Below are positions 38,221 to 46,709 of a DNA stretch of 64,000 nucleotides, piece after piece (within the stretch, counting starts at the first letter, position 1; every line of letters starts with the position of its first letter). Under the pieces are notes generated by a model. It saw nothing but the letters and a program-made list of their open reading frames with translations, searched no databases and was not told the origin of the DNA. This stretch comes from an uncultured Acidobacteriia bacterium (GTDB taxonomy: Bacteria; Acidobacteriota; Terriglobia; Bryobacterales; Bryobacteraceae). The stretch spans positions 3,183-67,182 of the forward strand of contig CAIVVT010000157.1 in NCBI GenBank assembly GCA_903909435.1, written 5' to 3'. A program made the translations under genes and the position numbers.

Positions 38221-39732
38221 ATGCCGAGGTCCGACGAATTCGCTGAGGTAATGCTGGATGTCAGCGCGGGAGCGCTGCCAGTGGTGGCCGAACCGACGGA
38301 CGAGACGCCGTTCCGGATTCTGGTGGCCGGTGACTTCAGCGGTAGAGGGGCCCGCGCGAGTGCGCCGGACCGTGGGCGGCTGAAGCCGGTGCTGATCGAC
38401 CGGGACAATTTCGACGAGGTGCTGGCGGCGATGGGCGTGCAGTTGCGCCTGGGCCGGGAGGGCGACGCGGGGGCGACACTGCGCTTCCGGGAGCTGGATG
38501 ATTTTCATCCGGACCGGATCTACCAAAGTCTGGACATTTTCCGTGAGTTGCGGGCGATGCGGGAAGCGTTGGAAGACGCAACCTCGGGCTCGCAGGCCAT
38601 CGCCGAGGTGCGGGCCTGGGCGGGCTTGGGCGGCGGGAAAGCGACCCAGCAGGCCGAGCCGTCGCCTGCGCCAGAGAGCAGGACAGAGGCAACGTACTCG
38701 CCCGGGTTGGCCGGCGGAAGCCTGCTCGACGACATTCTGGACGCCAGCGAGCCGGAGGCTCCGTCGCGGGAGGAGCTGCCGCGCGACCCGCTGCAAGCGT
38801 TCATCCAAAACGCGCTGGCGCCGCACCTGGCTCCGCGGGAAGATCCGCAGGTGCCCGAGTTGCTCGCCCGGTTGGACGAGGCGGCGGGAACGCTGCTGCG
38901 GGCCATCCTGCACGGGCAGGAGTTTCAGGCGCTGGAGGCACGGTGGCGGGCTTTGTTCCAGATGATCCGGCGTCTGGAGACGGGCTCGCTGCTGAAGGTG
39001 TACGCGCTGGATCTGACGCGAGCGGAATTGGTGGAGGACCTGCAGTCCGGAGCGCTGGAAGCGACGGCGCTGCACCGGTTGCTGGTGGACGAGGTGGCCA
39101 GGGATCCGGACCACGGCGGATGGGCGGTGTTCGCGGGGCATTACGGTTTCGATCAATCCGGACGGGACACGGGACTGCTGCGAAGTCTGGGGCGGCTGGC
39201 TCGCGCGGCAGGGGCGGTGTTCCTGGCCGAGGGCGACCTGGGAGGAGGGCCAGAGGCGGCTGGGGACGACGGACCCTGGGGCGCGCTGCGGCGGTCGGCG
39301 GAGGCTTCCCATCTGGGGCTGGCATTGCCGCGCTACCTGCTGCGACTGCCCTACGGCCGGAAGACGGACGAGGTGGAGAGCATCCGGTTTGAAGAGATTC
39401 CGGGGGCGCCGGCGCACGGGGACTACCTGTGGGGCAACCCGGCGCTGGTGTGCGCGACTCTGCTGGGCGAGGCGTTCAGCGAGGACGGCTGGCAGATGCG
39501 GCCAGTCACGGCGAGGGCGTATGGCGATATGCCGCTGCACGTTTACGAAGAGGCAGGCGAGTCCAAGCTGAGGCCGTGCGTGGAACTGGCGCTGACTCCG
39601 CCCGACGCGGAGTGGGCGCTTGGCGAGGGCTACATGCCGCTGATCTGGCTGCGAGGGCAGGACTCCATCCGGTTGGTTCGCTTCCAGTCGATTGCCGATC
39701 CGGCGGCCGATCTGGCGGGACGCTGGGGCTAG
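38221..39732 (+). CDS. Fused TssB(VipA)-like / TssC(VipB)-like contractile-sheath-domain protein
   Basis: ORF 38194..39732; ATG 38221 is 6 nt after GGAGG. TssB-like segment: PFRILVAGDFSGR...PVLIDRDNFDEVLAAMGV...LRFRELDDFHPDRIY. TssC-like segment: AILHGQEFQALEARWRALFQMI...LALPRYLLRLPYG...YLWGNPALVCATLL. Confidence 0.7.
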   Translation: MPRSDEFAEVMLDVSAGALPVVAEPTDETPFRILVAGDFSGRGARASAPDRGRLKPVLIDRDNFDEVLAAMGVQLRLGREGDAGATLRFRELDDFHPDRIYQSLDIFRELRAMREALEDATSGSQAIAEVRAWAGLGGGKATQQAEPSPAPESRTEATYSPGLAGGSLLDDILDASEPEAPSREELPRDPLQAFIQNALAPHLAPREDPQVPELLARLDEAAGTLLRAILHGQEFQALEARWRALFQMIRRLETGSLLKVYALDLTRAELVEDLQSGALEATALHRLLVDEVARDPDHGGWAVFAGHYGFDQSGRDTGLLRSLGRLARAAGAVFLAEGDLGGGPEAAGDDGPWGALRRSAEASHLGLALPRYLLRLPYGRKTDEVESIRFEEIPGAPAHGDYLWGNPALVCATLLGEAFSEDGWQMRPVTARAYGDMPLHVYEEAGESKLRPCVELALTPPDAEWALGEGYMPLIWLRGQDSIRLVRFQSIADPAADLAGRWG

Positions 39733-39857
39733 ACCCGCGCCCGTGCGCCGCGCGACAGCCGGCAGCGCGGCTGGGCTCCCGCCAATCTCCGCTTGTATGC
39801 GGGCGCAAGATTGACTATGCTACTCAACAAGGGGACGAACAGCGTCTCAACGATTTT

Positions 39858-39926
39858 ATGAACGTACCGGTTCAGAGCCTTCTCATTACCCTGGCGGCGG
39901 CGATTATTATCGTCGGCTCCGCCTGA
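39858..39926 (+). CDS. Ile/Val/Leu-rich leader peptide (22 aa)
   Basis: MNVPVQSLLITLAAAIIIVGSA*. It lies upstream of the ACT-protein/ilvA unit and is directly followed by an intrinsic terminator. Confidence 0.6.
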   Translation: MNVPVQSLLITLAAAIIIVGSA

Positions 39927-39965
39927 GACGGCCTGTATTCGGGAGATTCTAACTCGAGTTTCTAA

Positions 39966-40009
39966 AGGGCCCCGGGCGGATCGAACTCCGCACCGGGGCT
40001 CTTTTTTTT
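39966..40009 (+). terminator. Intrinsic terminator / attenuator
   Basis: gccccgggcgga (39969-39980) pairs with tccgc-a-ccggggc (39987-39999). It is followed by tcTTTTTTTTgg (40000-40011). Confidence 0.75.
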
Positions 40010-40078
40010 GGTCCACAGTCCATGAGCCGGAGCCGATCTGGAAATCGGCGTTGCAAGGGCGAGGAAGACGAGGAGAGT

Positions 40079-40426
40079 ATGCGACAGACGATCCGAGTTT
40101 GGGTTGAAGATAAGCACGGCGCGCTGCTGCGGGTGGCCGGCATCATCTCGGCCAAGGGCGCCAACATCCATTCGCTCACGGTCGCCCCCGACCCGTGGGA
40201 GGAGGGCGTCTCGCGGATCACCATCGTCTCCGACCTGGAACCACGGCTGCACCAGCGCGTGGTGAATGAGATGAACCGGCTGGTCAACGTGTTCCTGGCC
40301 GTGGATGTGACCGGCAATCCGCGCGACGTGGCCGCGTCCGCCTCGCCCGTGCGCCGGCAAGCGGCGCTGCCGGTGATGGCTCCGGTTGCGGCGGACGCTC
40401 AGCTTGCCCAGGAGCAGGCGTGGTAA
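40079..40426 (+). CDS. Stand-alone ACT domain protein (IlvN/IlvH-like regulatory subunit)
   Basis: ORF 40022..40426; ATG 40079 follows GAGGAG. IRVWVEDKHGALLRVAGIISAKGANIHSLTV...RITIV...QRVVNEMNRLVNV matches the acetolactate-synthase small-subunit ACT pattern. Its stop overlaps the ilvA start. Confidence 0.7.
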   Translation: MRQTIRVWVEDKHGALLRVAGIISAKGANIHSLTVAPDPWEEGVSRITIVSDLEPRLHQRVVNEMNRLVNVFLAVDVTGNPRDVAASASPVRRQAALPVMAPVAADAQLAQEQAW

Positions 40427-41628
40427 GCCGCAAGAGCATTCAGGCTGCCGCGGAGCGCATCGCGGGCGGAGTCTACGAGTCGCCGCTGGTCTTCTCCGAG
40501 CACCTGTCCGGCATCACCGGCAATGCCATCTACCTGAAGCTAGAGAACCAGCAGATGACGGGTTCGTTCAAGGAGCGCGGCGCGTTGAACCGCATCCTGA
40601 CGCTGACGGAATCCGAACGGCGCCGGGGCGTGATTGCGGCCTCGGCCGGCAACCACGCGCAGGCCGTGGCCTATCACGCGGTGCGGCGCGGCATTCCCGC
40701 CGAGATCTGGATGCCGCGCCACACTCCGCTGATCAAGACCTCGGCCACGCGCGGCTACGGCGCGGAGGTGGTACTGGCGGGCCAGAACTACGACGAGGCG
40801 TGCGAGGGCGCGCTGCGGCGCAGCAAGGAAAGCGGCGCCACGTTTCTGCACGCGTTCGACGACGAGGAAGTCATTGCGGGGCAGGGCACGCTCGGTCTGG
40901 AGATCCTGCGCCAACAGCCTGCGCTCGACGCGATTGTCGTCCCGGTCGGCGGCGGTGGACTGATCGGCGGGCTGGCCTGCGCGGTGAAACAGACCCGTCC
41001 GGAGGTTGAGGTGATCGGCGTGCAAACCGCCAAGCTGCCCTCGATGCAGGCGGCGCTGGAGCGCAACGAGCCGGTGACCCTGCCGGCCGAGGCCACGCTC
41101 GCCGACGGCATCGCCGTGCGCCGGGCGGGCAGCCTGACCCTGCCGCTGGTGCGCGAGTATGTGGACCGGATGGTGAGCGTAGACGAGGAAGAATTGGCGA
41201 CGGCGATTCTGACCCTGCTCGAACGCGAGAAGAGCCTGGCCGAGGGAGCCGGGGCCGCGGCGCTGGCAGCCGTCCTGCACCACAAGACCGGTCATCGCGG
41301 CAAGCGCATTTGCGTGGTGATTTCGGGGGGCAACCTGGACGTGAACCTGCTCGCGCGCATCATCGAACGCGGACTGGTCAGGGACGGCCGGCGGCTGCGT
41401 CTGCGCATCCGCCTGCAGGACTATCCCGGCGAACTGGAGCGGCTGGCCTCGACCATCGCCAAATGCAATGCGAACATCGTCGAGACGTTGCACAACCGGG
41501 CCCATTACGGCGTCAGCCTGGGCGAAACGGCCATCGACGTGACGCTGGAGACGCGCGGCCGCGAGCATTGCAACGAGATCTACGGCGCGCTGGAAACGGC
41601 CAATTACCCGTTCAGCGTGATCGAATAG
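40420..41628 (+). CDS. ilvA: Threonine ammonia-lyase (threonine dehydratase)
   Basis: YLKLENQQMTGSFKERGALN is the PLP-Lys motif. ASAGNHAQAVA; GGGGLIGG; a C-terminal ACT-like regulatory domain of ~80 aa. Confidence 0.88.
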   Translation: MVSRKSIQAAAERIAGGVYESPLVFSEHLSGITGNAIYLKLENQQMTGSFKERGALNRILTLTESERRRGVIAASAGNHAQAVAYHAVRRGIPAEIWMPRHTPLIKTSATRGYGAEVVLAGQNYDEACEGALRRSKESGATFLHAFDDEEVIAGQGTLGLEILRQQPALDAIVVPVGGGGLIGGLACAVKQTRPEVEVIGVQTAKLPSMQAALERNEPVTLPAEATLADGIAVRRAGSLTLPLVREYVDRMVSVDEEELATAILTLLEREKSLAEGAGAAALAAVLHHKTGHRGKRICVVISGGNLDVNLLARIIERGLVRDGRRLRLRIRLQDYPGELERLASTIAKCNANIVETLHNRAHYGVSLGETAIDVTLETRGREHCNEIYGALETANYPFSVIE

Positions 41629-41747
41629 CCGTTCCTCAGCGGGCGACGGACACTCGGCCTGACGGCGACGATTAATTCCTCGCAATGCCAGTTTCCAGCC
41701 TAGTGGTATCTGGACTTTCAGCGTAATAATGGGTCTGGAGGTCCGAA

Positions 41748-43388
41748 ATGCTCCACCACCTGGCACAGCGTCTGGTGGTTCCTCTGACCATCATCGTGGT
41801 AGCCGTAGCGGCTTTTTCAGGGCTCTACACCGTCGCCGGCGAAGAGCGTCAGATGCTGCGGATGATGAGCGAAGGGGCCGACCAGCTATCGCGCAGCATC
41901 ACGAGCGCGACGTGGCATGCCATGCTCGCCGACCGCCGCGAAGACGCATACCAGGTGATGCACACGATTGCCCAGAAGCAGGGCATCGATCACATCCGGA
42001 TGTTCAACCGGAACGGACTGCTGACCTTCTCCACAAAGCCCGAAGAGATCAGCCACCAGAAGGACCGCAGCCTGGAAACCTGCTCGGGCTGCCACGTCAG
42101 CGCCCTGCCGCTGCAGCAGATGGACCTGTCGTGGCGCACGCAGATCCTGAAGAAGCCGGACGGCCAGAGGAGTCTGGACATGGTGACTCCGATCTTCAAC
42201 GAGCCCTCCTGCAGTCAGGCCGACTGCCACGCCCACCCGGCTTCGTTAAAGGTCCTGGGCCTGGTCGACGTGCGGCTCAGCCTGCACAACGTCGATGCCG
42301 AACTGGCCACCATGAAGCTGCGCGTGCTGGTGCGCGTGCTGGTGGAGATCGGGTTGATCAGCCTGTTCATCGTCCTGTTCACGCGGCACTTCGTTGCGCG
42401 TCCACTGATGGAACTGGTCAGCAGTGCGCAAGCCATCAGCCAGATGAACCTGGACCGGCCTGTCCAGGTCACGGACGGCAGCGACGAAATATCGCATCTG
42501 GCGCGCGCCTTCGAGGTGATGCGCGAGAGCCTGAAGTCGGCGCACGAGGAGATCCTGCGGTTCACCCAGACGCTCGAAGACAAGGTGGAGGAGCGCAGCA
42601 GGCAACTGCAGGCCGCTCAGCAGAAGCTGCAGTACAACGACCGGCTGGCCTCGCTCGGGACGCTGGCGGCGAGCGTGGCGCACGAGATCAACAACCCGAT
42701 TGCCGGCGTGCTGAACCTCAGCATGTTGATGCAGCGCATTTTGAAGGACGACGGGATACCGGCGGGACGCGTGGCAGAGTTCCGCCGCTATCTGGCCCAG
42801 GTGACCCACGAGACCTCGCGCGTCGGCCATATCGTGAGCGATCTGCTTTCGTTCAGCCGGCGGGGCAAGCCGCAACGCAGCGCGGCCGACCTGAGCCGGT
42901 TAGTGCGGACGACGGTGTCGCTGGTGGATCACAAGCTGAAGCTGGCCAACATCGCGCTCGATTTGCAACTGGCCGAGAACCTGCCGAGCGTGCACTGCGA
43001 CGGCGGCCAGATTCAACAGGTGGTACTGAACCTGGTGCTGAACGCCTCCGAGTCGATGCACTCGCACGGGTCGGGAACAGTTACGGTGAAGACCTGGGCG
43101 GGCGAAGAAGGCAATTCCGTGAAGCTCAGCGTCGCGGACACGGGCGAGGGCATTCCGCCCGAGGTGCTGCCGCGCATCTTCGACCCGTTTTTCACCACCA
43201 AGCCGGACGGGAAGGGCGTGGGGTTGGGACTCGCGGTCTCCTACGGAATCGTGCAGGCGCACAGCGGCGAGATCGAGGCCCGGAGCGAGCCCGGCGAGGG
43301 AACCGTGTTCACGCTGACACTACCCCTGCAGCCGCCGCCGTCGAAGTCGCCTGGCGAACAGCCCCCGGTGGAGCCGCTGCGGGCATGA
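41748..43388 (+). CDS. Sensor histidine kinase (periplasmic Cys/His-motif domain, HAMP, HisKA, HATPase_c)
   Basis: There are two TM helices. The periplasmic loop carries CSGCH and CSQADCH. H-box is LAASVAHEINNP; N box NLVLNASES; G boxes DTGEGI and GVGLGLAV. Confidence 0.85.
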   Translation: MLHHLAQRLVVPLTIIVVAVAAFSGLYTVAGEERQMLRMMSEGADQLSRSITSATWHAMLADRREDAYQVMHTIAQKQGIDHIRMFNRNGLLTFSTKPEEISHQKDRSLETCSGCHVSALPLQQMDLSWRTQILKKPDGQRSLDMVTPIFNEPSCSQADCHAHPASLKVLGLVDVRLSLHNVDAELATMKLRVLVRVLVEIGLISLFIVLFTRHFVARPLMELVSSAQAISQMNLDRPVQVTDGSDEISHLARAFEVMRESLKSAHEEILRFTQTLEDKVEERSRQLQAAQQKLQYNDRLASLGTLAASVAHEINNPIAGVLNLSMLMQRILKDDGIPAGRVAEFRRYLAQVTHETSRVGHIVSDLLSFSRRGKPQRSAADLSRLVRTTVSLVDHKLKLANIALDLQLAENLPSVHCDGGQIQQVVLNLVLNASESMHSHGSGTVTVKTWAGEEGNSVKLSVADTGEGIPPEVLPRIFDPFFTTKPDGKGVGLGLAVSYGIVQAHSGEIEARSEPGEGTVFTLTLPLQPPPSKSPGEQPPVEPLRA

Positions 43389-43963
43389 GCGGGTTGCGGG
43401 TGACTCCGCTGGAGCGTCTCGACGAGCCGCTGCTGGCGGCTATCCGGGAATCGCTGCGGCAGGGTTTTGGCATTGAGGTGGAGCCAGGAAAGAATCTTGG
43501 CGAACCCGGGTTTGCGTGGGACGGCGAGCGCGGGCAGTACAACGCGCCATTGATCCTGCGTTATCTGCTGGACTTGCCCGCGGTCGATTCCGCCGTCGAT
43601 TCCGCAAAGGTGCTGGCCGTGACGGGCGTGGATCTGTATATCCCGATGCTGAGTTTCGTCTACGGGCAGGCGCAGCTCGGAGGACGGGTGGCGGTGGTTT
43701 CCGTGGCGCGACTGAAACCTGAGTTCTACAGCCTGGCGCCGGACGGGGAATTGCTGGAGGTCAGGGCGCGCAAAGAGGCCCTGCACGAGGTTGGGCATCT
43801 GTTCGGCCTGGTTCATTGTCCGGACCCGAGTTGCGCCATGGCGCTGTCGACGGGCGTCCGACAGTTGGACCGAAAGCAGCCGTCGTTGTGCGCGAGTTGC
43901 GCGGCGCTGGCGAGTGAGGGACGCAATGCGGCGGGGGCCGGCAAGCGGGGAGACAAACGATGA
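43385..43963 (+). CDS. Archaemetzincin-like zinc metalloprotease (M54)
   Basis: HEVGHLFGLVHCPDPSCAM...LCASC gives HExxHxxGxxH plus a Cys4-type motif. The start overlaps the kinase stop (ATGA), and its stop overlaps the regulator start (ATGA). The 744-aa ORF in the track is only real for its last 192 aa. Confidence 0.8.
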   Translation: MSGLRVTPLERLDEPLLAAIRESLRQGFGIEVEPGKNLGEPGFAWDGERGQYNAPLILRYLLDLPAVDSAVDSAKVLAVTGVDLYIPMLSFVYGQAQLGGRVAVVSVARLKPEFYSLAPDGELLEVRARKEALHEVGHLFGLVHCPDPSCAMALSTGVRQLDRKQPSLCASCAALASEGRNAAGAGKRGDKR

Positions 43964-45312
43964 AGACACAGTGGCAAATTCTGGTAGTGGACGACGAAGA
44001 GGTGATGCGCGACTCGCTCGGCGCCTGGCTCGGCGAGGACGGCTACACGGTCGAGACCGCCGCCTCCGGCCGGGCCGCGATTGACGCTGCGCGGCGCAAA
44101 GACTACGCCATGTACTTCATCGACCTGAAGATGCCGGGCGGCATCGACGGGATCGAAACGATGATGGAGATCCGGCGGCTGCACCCCGACGCCTCGATCA
44201 TCATCATCACGGCCTACGCGACGGTGGATACGGCTATCACGGCGATGAAGGAAGGCGCGCAGGAGTACATCGTCAAGCCCTGCAACCCGGAAGAGATTTC
44301 GCTGCTGGTGAACCGCATCATCAAAGTGAAAAACCTGCAGCGCGAGAACACGATTTTGCGCAAGAAGCTGACCCGCCAATACCGCTTCGGGGACATTATC
44401 AGCAAGAACGCGCAAATGCAGGAGATCTTCTCGCTGGCGAGCGACGTGGCCAGCCTGCGCAGCACGGTGCTGGTGCAGGGCGAGAGCGGAACGGGCAAGG
44501 AACTGATCGCGCGAGCCATCCACTTCTCCGGGGACCGGGCCGCCAAGCCGTTCGTCGCGGTCTCCTGCGCCGCGCTCGCCGAATCGCTGCTCGAAAGCGA
44601 ACTGTTCGGCCACGAGAAAGGGTCGTTCACGGGAGCCAGCGAGCAGCGCAAGGGCAAGTTCGAAATGGCCGACGGCGGGACTCTGTTTCTCGACGAGATC
44701 GGGGACATCTCTCCGAAGCTGCAAGTGGACTTGCTGCGCGTGCTGCAGGAGCGCGCGTTCTATCGCGTGGGCGGCTCCAGCGAAGTGCGGGTGGACGCGC
44801 GTGTCATCGCCGCCAGCAAAGTGGACCTGCGGGAAGCAGTGCAGCAGGGGCGTTTCCGCGACGACCTGTACTACCGGCTGAACGTGATTGAAATCCACGT
44901 GCCGCCCCTGCGCAGCCGGCGCGAAGATATTCCCTTGCTGGCGCACCACTTCCTGGAGCGGCTGGCGCCCGAGCTGCGAAAAGAAATCTCGGACATCTCG
45001 GAAGGCGCCCTGCGGCTGCTGATGGACTACGCCTGGCCGGGCAACGTGCGCGAACTGGAGAACTCGGTGGAACGGGCCATGGTCACCTGCCGGGGCCACG
45101 TGCTGACGGAGGACGATTTTGCGTTCCTGGCCCGCGCGGGCAACGGGCACACCTGGACGCCTCCCGACGTCAGCCTGGAGGAGATGGAGAAGTTGATGAT
45201 CGAGGCGGCGCTCGACCGCAAGGGCGGCAACGTCAAAGAGGCGGCCGTCGGATTGGGCATCGACCGTTCGACGCTGTACGAGAAGATCAAGCGCTACGAA
45301 ATCCGCCGCTGA
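43960..45312 (+). CDS. Sigma-54-dependent response regulator (NtrC/AtoC family)
   Basis: Receiver ILVVDDEE...FIDLKMPG; AAA+ GESGTGKE, GAFTGA-like GSFTGA, ESELFGHEKG; C-terminal Fis-type HTH. Confidence 0.9.
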   Translation: MKTQWQILVVDDEEVMRDSLGAWLGEDGYTVETAASGRAAIDAARRKDYAMYFIDLKMPGGIDGIETMMEIRRLHPDASIIIITAYATVDTAITAMKEGAQEYIVKPCNPEEISLLVNRIIKVKNLQRENTILRKKLTRQYRFGDIISKNAQMQEIFSLASDVASLRSTVLVQGESGTGKELIARAIHFSGDRAAKPFVAVSCAALAESLLESELFGHEKGSFTGASEQRKGKFEMADGGTLFLDEIGDISPKLQVDLLRVLQERAFYRVGGSSEVRVDARVIAASKVDLREAVQQGRFRDDLYYRLNVIEIHVPPLRSRREDIPLLAHHFLERLAPELRKEISDISEGALRLLMDYAWPGNVRELENSVERAMVTCRGHVLTEDDFAFLARAGNGHTWTPPDVSLEEMEKLMIEAALDRKGGNVKEAAVGLGIDRSTLYEKIKRYEIRR

Positions 45313-45396
45313 CGGCGGTGCTGTCCGCCAGCGGTCCATCCAACGGCTCAGCCCTGGCCAGCCTCTGAAGCATAACGCCCAGGAGTCTGCACTACC

Positions 45397-46635
45397 ATGG
45401 ATGGAATGTATCTACGCACGCTTGGACTCACGGCCGTTGCGCTCACCGCGCTGCTTCCAGCCTCCGCTCAAAAGAAGACGTGGACCGACGCCGAAGTGAT
45501 GAAGGTTCATCGCTCCGCGTTGCTGATCGACACGCACAACGACGTCACCAGCAAGACCGTGGACGGGTTCGATATCGGCCCGCTGGCCAAGGACGGCCAC
45601 ACGGACGTAGTGCGCATGAAACAAGGCGGGCAGGGCGGCATTTTCTTCGCCGTGTATGTGGGCGCAGACAACGTCGAGGGGAACCGCTCGGCGCACCGAA
45701 CCCTGCAGATGATCGACACCGTGCGGCACGACATCATCGATGGCCATCCGAACGACTTCGCATTCGCCGGCTCGGTGGCTGAGGTTCTGGCCGCCCGCAA
45801 GCACGGCAAGATCGCCGCGCTGATGGGCATCGAGGGCGGGCACGCGATTGAAGACGACGTGCGTCTGCTGCGCGACTACTACGCGCTTGGGATCCGCTAC
45901 ATGACTCTGACGCACACCAACAACAACACGTGGGCGACGTCTTCCGGCGACAAGGCGCGTCCCGAAGGCGAGCCTAAGGGCCTGACGGAGCTCGGCAAGC
46001 AAGTGGTACACGAGATGAACCGGCTGGGCGTAATGGTGGACATCTCGCACGTCTCCGACGCGACGTTTTGGGACGTGCTGGCGGCCAGCGAGGCACCGCC
46101 GTTCGCCTCCCACTCCTCGTGCCGCGCGATCTCGAATATCCCGCGCAACATGACCGATGAGATGATCCAGGCCCTGACGAAAAAAGGCGGCCTCGTGCAG
46201 ATCAACTTCGGCTGTGAATTCCTGAGCCAGAAGGCGGCGGACTCTTCACCGATGGGCAACCCGGCCGCGATGGCGAAGATTCAGGCGCAATTGAAAGAGA
46301 TCAAAGATCCCAAAGAACGCCATGCCGCCATGGAGAAGATCCGCGAGGATCTGAGTTCCAAAACGGTGCGCGCCACGATCGACGACGTGGTCGCGAACAT
46401 CGATCACATCAAGCAAATAGCCGGTGTGGATGCGGTCGGCTTAGGGAGCGATTTCGACGGCGTTGGCTGCACTCCCGTCGGTCTGGACGACGTTTCAAAA
46501 TGGCCGAATCTGACCAGAAAACTGCTCGAAAAGGGGTATTCCGCCGCTGAAATCCGCAAGATCTACGGCGGAAACCTGCTGCGCGTGATGGGCACCGCTG
46601 AGAAGACTTCCGCGCGCCTGCGAGCCAGCCGCTAA
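45397..46635 (+). CDS. Membrane dipeptidase (M19, renal dipeptidase family)
   Basis: Signal peptide; LIDTHNDV, GIEGGHAIE, LTHTNNN, VDISHVSD, GLGSDFDG. Confidence 0.85.
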   Translation: MDGMYLRTLGLTAVALTALLPASAQKKTWTDAEVMKVHRSALLIDTHNDVTSKTVDGFDIGPLAKDGHTDVVRMKQGGQGGIFFAVYVGADNVEGNRSAHRTLQMIDTVRHDIIDGHPNDFAFAGSVAEVLAARKHGKIAALMGIEGGHAIEDDVRLLRDYYALGIRYMTLTHTNNNTWATSSGDKARPEGEPKGLTELGKQVVHEMNRLGVMVDISHVSDATFWDVLAASEAPPFASHSSCRAISNIPRNMTDEMIQALTKKGGLVQINFGCEFLSQKAADSSPMGNPAAMAKIQAQLKEIKDPKERHAAMEKIREDLSSKTVRATIDDVVANIDHIKQIAGVDAVGLGSDFDGVGCTPVGLDDVSKWPNLTRKLLEKGYSAAEIRKIYGGNLLRVMGTAEKTSARLRASR

Positions 46636-46709
46636 GAGACGCACGAGCCGGAAATTCGATCCAGGAGTGCCGCGGGAGACCGACCTGGGGATTGCCCCTG
46701 ATTAGGATA

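Noticed and set aside
43578-43604. Tandem 12-nt duplication (gtcgattccgcc gtcgattccgca) giving AVDSAVDSA inside the archaemetzincin gene.
   Set aside because: It is a single in-frame duplication in a loop-like region. It is likely neutral slippage with no evidence of a functional repeat.
41729-43963. 744-aa ORF spanning the histidine kinase region.
   Set aside because: Only its last 192 codons (from ATG 43385) look like a real protein, the archaemetzincin. The upstream part is an out-of-frame read-through of the kinase gene with Arg/Pro/Gly-rich composition.
45313-45396. Sigma-54 promoter (GG-N10-GC) downstream of the NtrC-type regulator, e.g. ctggccagcctctgaagca.
   Set aside because: The spacing between the GG and GC elements does not fit the TGGCAC-N5-TTGC geometry. 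I could not find a convincing -24/-12 element by eye anywhere in the intergenic regions.
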